Shown: piece by piece, positions 40,564-50,735 of the stretch
How positions within the stretch are numbered: the stretch's first letter is position 1
Layout of the letters: the number at the start of each line of letters is the position of its first letter
From: an uncultured Clostridia bacterium
Lineage (GTDB): Bacteria; Bacillota; Clostridia; TANB77; CAG-508
Length of the DNA stretch: 64,000 nucleotides
Reading direction: 5' to 3'
NCBI GenBank assembly: GCA_947628835.1
Contig: CANRBL010000005.1
Location: 33 to 64,032, forward strand
Notes under the pieces: generated by a model
Told to the model about the DNA's origin: nothing
What the model saw: only the letters and a program-made list of their open reading frames with translations
Database searches by the model: none
Program-made: the position numbers and the translations under genes

Positions 40564-41154
40564 ATGCTTTTGAGCAAAAAGAAAAAAATAATAGGAGGAA
40601 TATGTCTTATAATACTATTAGGAATTTTAGTAGGAGGACACACATTTTCAAAATATGTAACACAAGTAAAAGGAGAAGGAATAGCCAATATAGCCAAATG
40701 GTCATTCAATGTAAATGGAAGTTCATCAACAGTACAAACAATAAATTTAGCAAGTACATATGATGCATCCACATTAGTAAACGGAAAAATAGCACCAGGT
40801 ACTAGTGGAACATTTAATATTATAATTGATGCCACAACATCAGAAGTAGGAATAGACTACAAAGTAGAATTTGAAAATGAACAAAATAAACCAACAAATC
40901 TATTGTATTATTATGGAGAAAAACAATATACATCATTAGCAGAATTACAAAAAGATTTAACAGGAACAATAGATGCAGATGATGAAAACAAAACGATTAC
41001 ATTAAACATAAGATGGGAATGGAAATATGAAACAGAAAACAGACAAAACATAACAGAAAATGACAAAATAGATACAAACGAAGGTGAAACAATACAAAAG
41101 TATACATTTAATGTAAATGTAATAGGAACACAAGTACAACCTTTATTAGGATAA
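40564..41154 (+). CDS. SipW-dependent exported protein (TasA/camelysin-like, CPF_0494-type)
   Basis: The N-terminal signal KKKIIGGICLIILLGILVGGHTFSKY resembles SipW-cognate signal peptides. The motif KIAPGTSGTFNIIIDA is shared with 41586-42230. Confidence 0.65.
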   Translation: MLLSKKKKIIGGICLIILLGILVGGHTFSKYVTQVKGEGIANIAKWSFNVNGSSSTVQTINLASTYDASTLVNGKIAPGTSGTFNIIIDATTSEVGIDYKVEFENEQNKPTNLLYYYGEKQYTSLAELQKDLTGTIDADDENKTITLNIRWEWKYETENRQNITENDKIDTNEGETIQKYTFNVNVIGTQVQPLLG

Positions 41155-41191
41155 ACAGAGAAAAAAATTTATCTAAATAGAGGAAGAAAAA

Positions 41192-41566
41192 ATGATAAGA
41201 AAAATTTTAAAAATTATATCTATAATGTTATTAATTGTAATTATTTCAATTTGTTTATATCTAAAATTTAATTCAAATAAATTAATATTGCAACCATTTG
41301 GTTATAGCATATTAAAAGTTGAATCTGGAAGTATGAAGCCAATTTTTCAAAAAGGTGATTTTATAATAATAAAAAAGCAAGAAAAATATGAAGTAGGAGA
41401 TATAATAACATACAGTGAAAATAACCAATATTTAATAACACATAGAATTATAGAAAAATATGAAGACTATGTAATAACAAAAGGTGATTATAATAATATA
41501 CAAGATGAGAAACCTGTAAATATAAACAATATTTATGGCAAAGTAATATATGTAATAAAATTATGA
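41192..41566 (+). CDS. sipW: Signal peptidase I, SipW (archaeal/ER) type
   Basis: 124 aa with an N-terminal TM, catalytic Ser motif SGSMKPIFQKGD and a later H in LITHRI. Confidence 0.8.
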   Translation: MIRKILKIISIMLLIVIISICLYLKFNSNKLILQPFGYSILKVESGSMKPIFQKGDFIIIKKQEKYEVGDIITYSENNQYLITHRIIEKYEDYVITKGDYNNIQDEKPVNINNIYGKVIYVIKL

Positions 41567-41585
41567 AGAAATATTAAGGAGTGAT

Positions 41586-42230
41586 ATGAATAACGAAAAG
41601 AAGAAGAAAAAGAAAATAAAATGGTACATATTAATTATAATTATACTAATAATATTAATTTTTTTATTCAAAATAATATTTTTATATAAATTCAACAATT
41701 TATTAGACGATTATGAAAAACAAAGTACAAGAAAATATTTTATGTCATATAATGACTTTATAATCTTTGATAAATTCCAAAAAGAAGAACAAGAAGAACC
41801 AAAAAAAGAATATGTATTTAAACTAAAAGAACAAAAGCCACAACCACAAAATATTGATTTAAATGAAGTAGTAAATGAGCAAACATTAGTAAATAAAAAA
41901 ATAGCACCTGGAGTTTCAGGAGAATTTGAAATCATAATGGATGCAAATGGAGCAACCAAAAATATGAGTTACAATATAGAATTATTTAGCCAAAGTGAAA
42001 AGCCTAAAAATTTAGTGTTTAATGTTAAAGGGGAGCAAATAAAATACAATAGTATAGAAGAATTGGCAGAAACACTTAGAGGGTCAGTAGAAAAAAATAC
42101 TACAAAAAAAATTATTATTGAGTGGTCATGGGGCTATGACACAAAAGACAATTATCAAGATACACAAGATGGAAAAAATATAGAAAATTATACATTTGCA
42201 GTTAACGTTATAGCAAATGAAATCATATAG
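41586..42230 (+). CDS. SipW-dependent exported protein, paralog 2
   Basis: N-terminal TM. KIAPGVSGEFEIIMDA and IIIEWSWGYD mirror 40564-41154. Confidence 0.65.
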   Translation: MNNEKKKKKKIKWYILIIIILIILIFLFKIIFLYKFNNLLDDYEKQSTRKYFMSYNDFIIFDKFQKEEQEEPKKEYVFKLKEQKPQPQNIDLNEVVNEQTLVNKKIAPGVSGEFEIIMDANGATKNMSYNIELFSQSEKPKNLVFNVKGEQIKYNSIEELAETLRGSVEKNTTKKIIIEWSWGYDTKDNYQDTQDGKNIENYTFAVNVIANEII

Positions 42231-42312
42231 AAGTAAAAAATAATTACAACTTTAATTGTGTAAAAATTTAATTATTTTCTAGCAAAATTGATATTTAGAA
42301 GGGAGAAAAAAT

Positions 42313-42825
42313 TTGGAAGAAAAATACAAAAAAAGAAGAATAATAAGAACTGTACTTATAGTAGCAATAATAATTTTATTAATAATATTATTTTTATTAC
42401 TATATAGGAAAAGTATGGCAAAATACAAAGAAGTAATAAACTTATCAAGTGAAGCGGAAGTAGCAACTCCAGTATTTATTGTTGATGGGTTAGACAACAT
42501 AACAGTAGATGGAACAGCGGAACAATCAATATATAATTTTACTGTAAGAAATTATGAAGGAGATAACATAAGTGATGTAGGAATGGAATACTACATAGAA
42601 ATTGTAAATGATTTAGGTAGCGTATTAAGTTTTAATTTAAGTAAAGATAATAAACCAGTAAATTTAAAAAATAACAAAACAGAAAATATAAAGATTGCAG
42701 GTGAAAATAAAGGACAAGATAATTATCAGTTAGCAATAAATTTTAATAAAGAGCAATCACAAGATGATGTTGATGTAAAAGGAGAAGTACAAGTAAAAGT
42801 AGTAGCAGTACAAGAAGAAATATAA
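42313..42825 (+). CDS. Small exported protein in the SipW operon
   Basis: RBS gggaga precedes TTG 42313. N-terminal TM followed by a KYKEV segment and a beta-rich body. Confidence 0.5.
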   Translation: MEEKYKKRRIIRTVLIVAIIILLIILFLLLYRKSMAKYKEVINLSSEAEVATPVFIVDGLDNITVDGTAEQSIYNFTVRNYEGDNISDVGMEYYIEIVNDLGSVLSFNLSKDNKPVNLKNNKTENIKIAGENKGQDNYQLAINFNKEQSQDDVDVKGEVQVKVVAVQEEI

Positions 42826-42897
42826 AGGGAAAAAATCAAAAAAGAAAAGTCTAAGATTGTTAATGTTGAATTTTATAGAACGTAAAAAGAAAGGATA

Positions 42898-45051
42898 GTG
42901 ATAAACATAAAAATACTGAAAATAATAATACCTGCAATAATTATATTATGTGTATTTAATGGTACAGTATATTCAAAATATGTAGTGTCATACAATAATG
43001 TTGGAAAAGTAAATATTGATAGAACATTACCAATTGTAGAGTTAGAAAGAACAATTAATTCAAATACAGAAAATCCAGATGTAGCAAATAAAACTCAAAC
43101 AATAACATTAACAGTAAAAGCAAGCGATTTAAATTACAAATATAATGAGTTAAATGCACAAAATATACAGGTAAAAGTAGGTCAAGCTATAAGTAGTACG
43201 GCTAAAATTACGGTAGAAGAAATAAGTAATGATAATAATGAGCAAAAGTGGAATATAAAAGTTACAGGAGTAGAAGAAACAGGACAATTTTCTTTAATAG
43301 TAAAAGCAAATAATATTTTTGATAAATATAACAATGGAAATCGTGAAACAACACTAAATACAGCAATTAGATTTGATAATATTGCACCAACAATTAGGGT
43401 TGAAGGAAGTAAACAGTATGAAACAAATGGTAAAGAAGATGATGTAAGTGTATGGAGCAATACAGATGTAACAATACAAACAAGTGATAATGAGCAAGTT
43501 GCATATAATGAATATTATTATAATCCAAAAGAAAAAGTATTTACAGGAGAAGGAACAAGATTTGATAGTCCAAAAACATTTACAGAAGAAGGATATTATA
43601 AAATTGTATCAGTAGATACATCAGGAAATAAATCAGAAGTAATATTTGGAATAGATAGAACACCACCGCAAATTTATAAAAATAAAATTGCAGATAGTAA
43701 TATAGTACATAGTGATGACTATTTTGAAAGTGGTTTTACAGTAGTTCCAACAGATAACTTATCTGGAGTAAATACAATAAAAATTCATACAGAAGACTTT
43801 GGAATATCAACAACAGGAGCTGCCACAGATGGAGACTTAACATCAAGAGAAACAAGTACAACAGCAACTTTATACGCAATGTATGAACCATATAATATAA
43901 AAAAATATTACTGGTATTTAAAAGAAGAAAAAGATGATTCAGATTATAAATTAATAGCAGAAACTAATACAACAAATTATAAATTTACAGGGCTAAAAAA
44001 ATTAACTAAATATAAAGCAAAATGTATAGCAGAAGATGTAAATGGTATCAAATACGAAGCGGAAGAAACTTTCGATACATTAGTAGGAGATGTAAATGTA
44101 ACCAAACTTCCAAACAATGAAGGATATACAATTACAATTACTAATATAAAAGATGATGTTACATATGCGTCTTTTGGAACTTGGAATAATCAAGCAGGTA
44201 TGACCTCAGGTATATCTTGGGAACATGTAAAAGTTGAAAATGGCAGAGTAACATATACAGTACAAGCATCAAAATATCAAGTACAAGGATATGATACGTG
44301 TTTGTCTACACATTTTTACTGGACATATAATAAAGAAAGTGCCTCAATGGACTTCTTTAGTGGAGCATGTGATATGAATTGCTCTGGAAAAACAAAAAAT
44401 GATACTAACTTTAGATATTGGACACCTAAACAGTATACAACTACACAAGACTTAGAGGGAAAAATACATTATTATATTAATGATAACGCAGGCAATGAAA
44501 TTGTGTATATATATAATGTAGATAGAACAGAAAGCTTCAGGGTAAAATCATTCTGGAGAGATCAAGTAGTAAATCAAATAGGAGCAAATAATATAATATC
44601 AGAAACAACAAGAAATGATTTATCAGAAACATATCATACTATAACTTTAAAGAAAAGTGTATTAGACAATATTAAATCGGTTTCTTTTGATGGAATGCAT
44701 AGTGAAAAAAGTGATGTGGAAGATTTAAGTCTTTTCTTAAAGAAATTGACATCATTAGAAGAATTAGAACTAAAAAGATGTGAATTTCATACAACATTCT
44801 TATTCCTAAATTGTCCAGATACACTAAAAACGGTAAGAGTTTCAGAATGGAACAATAATTATTTATCAATAGAAAACTTTTACAATTACAAGAATATACA
44901 AAATGTATATTTTGATAATTTAGTAATTTCAAATACATATATAGGAGGAAATATACTTAAATCATCAACTAGTATGTACAATACGTTACAAGACACAGTA
45001 AGAAAAAATGGTGGTCAATTTGTAACTAATAATGTTAGTTGTCAAAAATAA
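42898..45051 (+). CDS. Large exported protein with Ig/FN3-like modules and a C-terminal LRR-like region
   Basis: N-terminal TM plus SKYVVSY. An FN3-like segment (YYWYLKEEKDDSDYKLIAETNTTNYKFTGLKKLTKYKAKC). A possible Bsp-like repeat (FGTWNNQAGMTSGISWEHV). A Leu-rich C-terminus. Confidence 0.55.
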   Translation: MINIKILKIIIPAIIILCVFNGTVYSKYVVSYNNVGKVNIDRTLPIVELERTINSNTENPDVANKTQTITLTVKASDLNYKYNELNAQNIQVKVGQAISSTAKITVEEISNDNNEQKWNIKVTGVEETGQFSLIVKANNIFDKYNNGNRETTLNTAIRFDNIAPTIRVEGSKQYETNGKEDDVSVWSNTDVTIQTSDNEQVAYNEYYYNPKEKVFTGEGTRFDSPKTFTEEGYYKIVSVDTSGNKSEVIFGIDRTPPQIYKNKIADSNIVHSDDYFESGFTVVPTDNLSGVNTIKIHTEDFGISTTGAATDGDLTSRETSTTATLYAMYEPYNIKKYYWYLKEEKDDSDYKLIAETNTTNYKFTGLKKLTKYKAKCIAEDVNGIKYEAEETFDTLVGDVNVTKLPNNEGYTITITNIKDDVTYASFGTWNNQAGMTSGISWEHVKVENGRVTYTVQASKYQVQGYDTCLSTHFYWTYNKESASMDFFSGACDMNCSGKTKNDTNFRYWTPKQYTTTQDLEGKIHYYINDNAGNEIVYIYNVDRTESFRVKSFWRDQVVNQIGANNIISETTRNDLSETYHTITLKKSVLDNIKSVSFDGMHSEKSDVEDLSLFLKKLTSLEELELKRCEFHTTFLFLNCPDTLKTVRVSEWNNNYLSIENFYNYKNIQNVYFDNLVISNTYIGGNILKSSTSMYNTLQDTVRKNGGQFVTNNVSCQK

Positions 45052-45176
45052 GAATAAAATTTAAAAAATTCATTAAAATATATCTGAAAGCATATAATTT
45101 AATGTTAAAAAATAAAAGGGTATGTTAAATATAATTTAAGTATTTAAAACAATAACTTTAATAATATGGAGGCTAC

Positions 45177-45695
45177 ATGGAAAAAGATAGATATAATCAA
45201 TTTGTACAGGTTTTAGAAAGAAAATTAAAAGTAGATAAAGGTAAAAAAATAATATTTTTATGTGTAGGTTCTAATAAAGTTATTGGAGATAGTTTTGGAC
45301 CAGTAGTAGGTTCAAAACTATCGGAAAAATTAGAAAAAAATGATAACATAAAAATAATAGGAAATATGTTGAAACCAATATACAAACAAAATTTAAAAAG
45401 TACATTAAATATAGTAAATAAAATAGAAAATAAATATTTAATTTTAATTGATTCGGCTGTATCTGAAAATGAATATGTAGGAAATATTTTTATAAGTGAT
45501 AATAGTATAGAATTTGGAAAAAGTATAGGTGGTGGAATAAAAGCATTAGGAGATATAAATATAAAGGCTGGTGTATGTAGTAATTTATATAATTCTAATA
45601 AGAATTTTTATCAATTAAAAAATGTGTCAAAAGAGCTAATAAATGAATTATCTGATATAGTATCTAAAGGAATATATGAGATTTTATCAAATTAA
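45177..45695 (+). CDS. yyaC: Sporulation protein YyaC (GPR-like protease family)
   Basis: Motif IIFLCVGSNKVIGDSFGPVVGSKL. Confidence 0.75.
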   Translation: MEKDRYNQFVQVLERKLKVDKGKKIIFLCVGSNKVIGDSFGPVVGSKLSEKLEKNDNIKIIGNMLKPIYKQNLKSTLNIVNKIENKYLILIDSAVSENEYVGNIFISDNSIEFGKSIGGGIKALGDINIKAGVCSNLYNSNKNFYQLKNVSKELINELSDIVSKGIYEILSN

Positions 45696-45760
45696 AAAAT
45701 GTATAACTTGGTAAAAAATGGAAAAAATTTAAATAAGAATATTTGCCAAGGAGTGATTTT

Positions 45761-46102
45761 ATGGAATCAAGTATAATGAAAAATATGGTTGTGATAAAAA
45801 ATTTACCATCAAATATTGTAGATGAAGCAATTATAATTTTAAAATCAAATAAAAAAGTAAAAAATTTAAAATTAATAGAAACAAATAAAAAAAAGGCAGG
45901 AGAAAATAATATCAGTAGTAGTAAAGAGTATATTTTAAAGGAAGCGGAAATAATATTATCAGATTGTGTAAAAGTATTAGAAAATAAAAAAGAAAAAACA
46001 TTAACAAATAAAGAAATAATGAAAAAATATAAGAAATTAAGTATATATAGTACATGTATTTCTATTGCATTATGTATAAGTTTAATAATAAATTTAGTAT
46101 AA
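45761..46102 (+). CDS. Hypothetical protein with a C-terminal TM
   Basis: RBS aaggag precedes ATG 45761. 113 aa. Confidence 0.45.
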   Translation: MESSIMKNMVVIKNLPSNIVDEAIIILKSNKKVKNLKLIETNKKKAGENNISSSKEYILKEAEIILSDCVKVLENKKEKTLTNKEIMKKYKKLSIYSTCISIALCISLIINLV

Positions 46103-46158
46103 AACTAATTTTCCTATCATATAATTGAATATAAAACTTAGGAAAAGAAGGTGTTTCT

Positions 46159-47181
46159 ATGGAAAGAACTATGTCTGTAGAAGAAAAAATACGAAGAGCA
46201 GAAGAAATATATAATAGGAAAAGAGAAAATCAAATAAGAACAAACACTGCTAGAGTAAGTGTTAATTCAAAGAAAGATATAAAGCTATTAAAAAAAATGA
46301 TTATACAAATAATTGTATGTTTATTAATATACAGTATATTTTATTTATTAGTAGAAAAAAACTATATATTTTCACAAGATTTAGTAAATAAAACAAAGGA
46401 AATATTGTCATATGATATTAATTTTGAACAATTATATAGTAATATTATAAAAAATATAAATTCAAGTGAAAATACAATAGAAAATATGCAGGGAAACGGA
46501 GAAGAAAGTAAAGTAGAGAATGAACAAAAAAATAATGAACAAGGTACACAAGAAAATTCAGCAGAAAGTAATGGGCAACAAGAAGAAAACACAGTAGAAA
46601 GCAATGGTAAATCGGAAGAAAATACAGTAGAAAGTAATGGTAAAACAGAGGAAAATGCAGTAGAAAATAATGGGCAGTCAGAAGAAAGTGCAGTAAAGAG
46701 TAATGAACAATCAGAAGAAAATGGAATAGGAGGTTCAACAGAAGAAGTAAAGGAACTTTCACAGATGGAGCAAGATAGTATTGATATAAAAAATGCAATA
46801 AGTTTTATAATACCTGTTGAAGGAACAATAAGTTCTACTTTTGGTTGGAGAAATCCTACTACAGAAACAGTACCTAAAAATCATACAGGTTTAGATATAG
46901 CCACATCAAAGGGAACGGTAATTAAATCTGCCACAAATGGAACAGTTATATTATCATCATCACAAGGAGATTACGGAAATCATTTAAAAATTCAAATAGA
47001 AGATGTAACTATTATATATGCACATTGTGATAAATTATATGTCAAAGAAGGTGATGTAATAACTCAAGGTCAACCAATTGCAGAAGTTGGTTCAACTGGA
47101 AATTCTACAGGTCCACATTTACATTTTGAAATAAGAAAAGCAGATAGGTTAGTAGATCCTCAATTAATTTTGAATATATAG
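46159..47181 (+). CDS. M23 (LytM-domain) peptidase with N-terminal TM, in the SpoIVFA position
   Basis: HTGLDIA and GPHLHFEI metal-binding motifs. Repetitive EEN(T/A)VESNG linker. Lies upstream of the M50 protease. Confidence 0.75.
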   Translation: MERTMSVEEKIRRAEEIYNRKRENQIRTNTARVSVNSKKDIKLLKKMIIQIIVCLLIYSIFYLLVEKNYIFSQDLVNKTKEILSYDINFEQLYSNIIKNINSSENTIENMQGNGEESKVENEQKNNEQGTQENSAESNGQQEENTVESNGKSEENTVESNGKTEENAVENNGQSEESAVKSNEQSEENGIGGSTEEVKELSQMEQDSIDIKNAISFIIPVEGTISSTFGWRNPTTETVPKNHTGLDIATSKGTVIKSATNGTVILSSSQGDYGNHLKIQIEDVTIIYAHCDKLYVKEGDVITQGQPIAEVGSTGNSTGPHLHFEIRKADRLVDPQLILNI

Positions 47182-47191
47182 AGGGCAAAAA

Positions 47192-47788
47192 ATGAGATTT
47201 AGAATAGATTTAAAAATAGTTTTATTTTTGATATTATTTTATTTTACAAATCAAATAATATTATATATTACTATTATGGCATTTTGTGTGATACATGAAT
47301 TTGGACATTTGTTTGTGGGAATGCTATTTGGTATGGTTCCAGAAAAAATAGAATTAAATCCACTGGGATTATCAATAGCTTTTAAACCAAGCATATTTAA
47401 GGATAAGGAAAGTGAAAAATCATTTGAAATAAAAAGAATATTAGTTGCATTAGCAGGACCAATGACTAATTTTATTATTATAGTGATTTTGATGATGATT
47501 AATATAAATGAGAATACAAAAGCTACACTAATTTATTCTAATATTCTAATAGGATTATTTAATTTAATACCTATTTATCCATTAGATGGTGGAAGAATAT
47601 TAAAAAGTATTTTACATATGAATATGAAAGAAAATAAATATAATACATATGTTAATAAAATAAGCTATATTATGCTTATAATTATTACTACTATTAGTAG
47701 TATAGCAGTCTATTATTTTCAAAATATTGCCATATTTATTGTAGTTATCTTTTTATGGTATATGGTATTAGTACAGAATAATCAATAG
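47192..47788 (+). CDS. spoIVFB: M50 site-2 metalloprotease, SpoIVFB-like (short, no CBS domain)
   Basis: HEFGHL (HExxH) and NLIPIYPLDGGR motifs in TM segments. Confidence 0.7.
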   Translation: MRFRIDLKIVLFLILFYFTNQIILYITIMAFCVIHEFGHLFVGMLFGMVPEKIELNPLGLSIAFKPSIFKDKESEKSFEIKRILVALAGPMTNFIIIVILMMININENTKATLIYSNILIGLFNLIPIYPLDGGRILKSILHMNMKENKYNTYVNKISYIMLIIITTISSIAVYYFQNIAIFIVVIFLWYMVLVQNNQ

Positions 47789-47830
47789 TGTTGGAAAAAA
47801 ATATCCAACACTATTGATTATTTTATACTA

Positions 47831-48790
47831 ATGGATTATGTGTTTATAGATGAAGTACAAAATGTTGAAAATTTCCAAAAAGCAGTAGATGGATTATTTA
47901 TCAAAAAAAATGTAGATTTATATATAACAGGTTCAAATGCATATCTATTATCTGGTGAATTGTCAACTTTATTATCTGGTAGATATGTAGAAATAAAAAT
48001 GTTGCCATTATCATTTAAAGAATACCTATCTGCATTTCCAGAAGGTGTTGATAAGCAAGAAAAATTATTGGATTATTTTAAATATGGTGCATTACCGCAA
48101 ACTGTTGAATTGTTTAAAATAAATCCAGATACAATAAATAGTTATTTAGATGGCGTTTTTTCTACAGTTGTTTATAAAGATATTATGATGAGAAATAAAA
48201 TTAATAATAAATTAATATTAGAAAGTGTAATAAAATATATTTTTAGTAACATAGGAAGTCAAATAACTACTAAGAAAATAAGTGATACTTTAATTAGTAT
48301 GGGAAGAAAAACAAGTAATCATACAGTAGAAAATTATATATCTGCTTATTTAGAAGCATACTTATTATATAAAGTTGATAGGGTTGATATTAAAGGAAAA
48401 AATATTTTAGCAAGTGGTTATAAATATTATTGTGTAGATACAGGTTTTAGAAACTATTTATTAGGAAAAAAAGCTTCACAGGATATGGGACATATATTAG
48501 AAAATATAGTGTATTTAGAGTTAATAAGACGAGGATATAAAGTTTATACTGGTAAAATTGATGATTTAGAAATAGATTTTGTAGCAGAAAATAATAAAGG
48601 ATTGGCATATTATCAAGTAGCACTTACAACCAGAGATGAAAAAACATTAGAAAGAGAATTAAAATCATTACAAAAAACAGGAGACTATTATCCTAAATAT
48701 ATATTAACAATGGATAGAGACTTAGAAACAGATTATTTAGGAATAACTAAAATAAATGTTATAGATTGGCTGTTGAATATATTGCCGTAA
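47831..48790 (+). pseudogene. 5'-truncated COG1373-type ATPase (DUF4143)
   Basis: It begins at the Walker B region (DYVFIDEVQ), with no Walker A upstream. It starts right after the terminator hairpin agtgttggaaaaaaatatccaacact. Confidence 0.65.
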
Positions 48791-48865
48791 AAAGTTGTAA
48801 AATTTTCTATTGTCTTTTCAAATATAATGTGTTATAATTCTTAATGATTATGAGAGGTGAAATTA

Positions 48866-49801
48866 ATGAATCAAATATTATTTTCGGAAAGCGAAAATTT
48901 TAATAATAATTATAACAAAAAAAAGAGTAAAAAAAGTTATGTTGGACAAACGAATCAAATAGAAATAACAAAAATAGTAAAGTTTTTTTCGATAGTAATA
49001 ATATTATTTGGTGTATGTGTAACTGGTGGAATATCATATTCTTGGGTAAAAAATGCCAAAGAAGATAATGCAAATGCAACAAAACCAACAATAAATATAC
49101 AGTCAGATTCAGAAAATGCATTATTATTATCTGTAAATCATGATAAAGCATTAAAAGAAGTATCATATCAATGGGAAGGACAAGAAGCTATAAAAATAAA
49201 TACAGATAATCATATGTATGTAGAAGAAAAAATAGATATACCAGAGGGAACGAATACATTAACAATAACAGCTACAGATGTTAATAATCAAACAACAACA
49301 TATAATCAGCAATATAGTGGAGCAGAAAGACCTAATTTATCATTATCTGTGGTAGATAACAAAATAAAAGCAACAATAAGTAGTGAAAAAGGAATAGATT
49401 ATGTGCAATATAAATGGGATGATGGTGAAGTAACGTCAAAGCAAGTAAATGATAATTATTTTGAGCAAATAATAGAAATTCCAGAAGGATTGCATACACT
49501 TACAATAATAGCAGTCGATATGGACAAAATGGTATCATCAAAAACTCAATCAGTACATGGGGTTACAAAGCCAACAGTTAGTATAACATCAGATGGTAAA
49601 GACTTAATAGTGCAAGCTTCAGATAATGACATGCTAGAAAGAGCAATAATAGTATTTAATGGAGAAGAAAAAACTATAGAGATAAATGATAAACAATTTG
49701 AGTATAAGGTTCCTGTTGTTGATGGAGAAAATGTTATAGAAGTAATGGTAAATAACAAAAATGGAGTATCAGCAACTGCTAAAGCAAGAGGTACGAGATA
49801 G
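48866..49801 (+). CDS. Membrane-anchored protein with three Ig-like repeats of about 75 aa
   Basis: RBS gagagg precedes ATG 48866. TM segment FSIVIILFGVCVTGG. Repeated ...IPEG.(N/H)TLTI.A.D... units. Confidence 0.55.
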   Translation: MNQILFSESENFNNNYNKKKSKKSYVGQTNQIEITKIVKFFSIVIILFGVCVTGGISYSWVKNAKEDNANATKPTINIQSDSENALLLSVNHDKALKEVSYQWEGQEAIKINTDNHMYVEEKIDIPEGTNTLTITATDVNNQTTTYNQQYSGAERPNLSLSVVDNKIKATISSEKGIDYVQYKWDDGEVTSKQVNDNYFEQIIEIPEGLHTLTIIAVDMDKMVSSKTQSVHGVTKPTVSITSDGKDLIVQASDNDMLERAIIVFNGEEKTIEINDKQFEYKVPVVDGENVIEVMVNNKNGVSATAKARGTR

Positions 49802-49805
49802 AATC

Positions 49806-49848
49806 GAAGGTTGAAAATCAGATAAAAAGTATTTGGTTTTCAACCTTT
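49806..49848 (+). terminator. Rho-independent terminator
   Basis: Stem aaggttgaaaa/ttttcaacctt followed by tt. Confidence 0.7.
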
Positions 49849-49946
49849 TAACAAAATGTGTACAAATATATGAAAATAAAATTGAAAGTTAAAATAAAGT
49901 GAAGGAAGGAGAAGGTTAGAAATTTAATAAAACTAACCAACAAAAG

Positions 49947-50726
49947 ATGGAAATTAATGTAATAGAAATTTTAACATATTTTATAGTATATTCATTTTTA
50001 GGATGGGTTATAGAATCATCATATAAAAGCATATTGCAAAGAAGTTTAATAAATAGTGGATTTTTATATGGACCATTTTGTCCAATATATGGAATTGGTG
50101 CATTAATAATGTTTATGTTTTTAAATGATTTTAAAGGCAGTCCATTTTTAGTATTTTGTTTAGGATTTTTTGTACTTTCTGTATGGGAATACATAGTAGG
50201 TGTATTATTAGAAAAAATATTTAAAACAAGATATTGGGATTATTCACATCATAAATATAATTTGCAGGGAAGAGTATGTTTAACAAACTCAGTATTCTGG
50301 GGAATATTAGGAGTAGTATTTATAACATACATACATCCATTTGTACAATTAATGTTATCAAAAGTACAACAAAATTATATATTATATGCAGACATTATTT
50401 TATCTATATATTTATTAACAGATATGATAATATCAATAGTAAAAATTAAGAATATTGATGTAAAAATCAAAAAACTTGATGAAATTAATAATAAAATTAA
50501 AGAAAGATTGCAAGAAATTAAAGAATATAGTATAAATATTGGAAAGACAAATAAAGAAGAACATTTACAGAGTTTAGTTGACGAATTAAGAAAGCAAAAG
50601 GATAGAATGCAAAGACGTATATATAGAAATGTTATTAGATTAAGAAAAGCATTTCCAAGTATGAAATCTGAAAAAATAACTGAGTTTTTAAATAATAAAG
50701 TAGAAATTAAGAAAAAGCAGGATTAG
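49947..50726 (+). CDS. Membrane protein of the putative ABC-transporter type IV (PF06541-like) family
   Basis: The N-terminus YSFLGWVIESSY...GPFCPIYGIGA is typical of this family. It has a C-terminal coiled-coil tail. Confidence 0.6.
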   Translation: MEINVIEILTYFIVYSFLGWVIESSYKSILQRSLINSGFLYGPFCPIYGIGALIMFMFLNDFKGSPFLVFCLGFFVLSVWEYIVGVLLEKIFKTRYWDYSHHKYNLQGRVCLTNSVFWGILGVVFITYIHPFVQLMLSKVQQNYILYADIILSIYLLTDMIISIVKIKNIDVKIKKLDEINNKIKERLQEIKEYSINIGKTNKEEHLQSLVDELRKQKDRMQRRIYRNVIRLRKAFPSMKSEKITEFLNNKVEIKKKQD

Positions 50727-50735
50727 GAGGATATT

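Noticed and set aside
25835-45051. Presence of a sortase or pilus-assembly enzyme within the adhesin and SipW loci
   Set aside because: No ORF shows the sortase TLxTC signature. The only processing enzyme is the SipW-type signal peptidase at 41192-41566.
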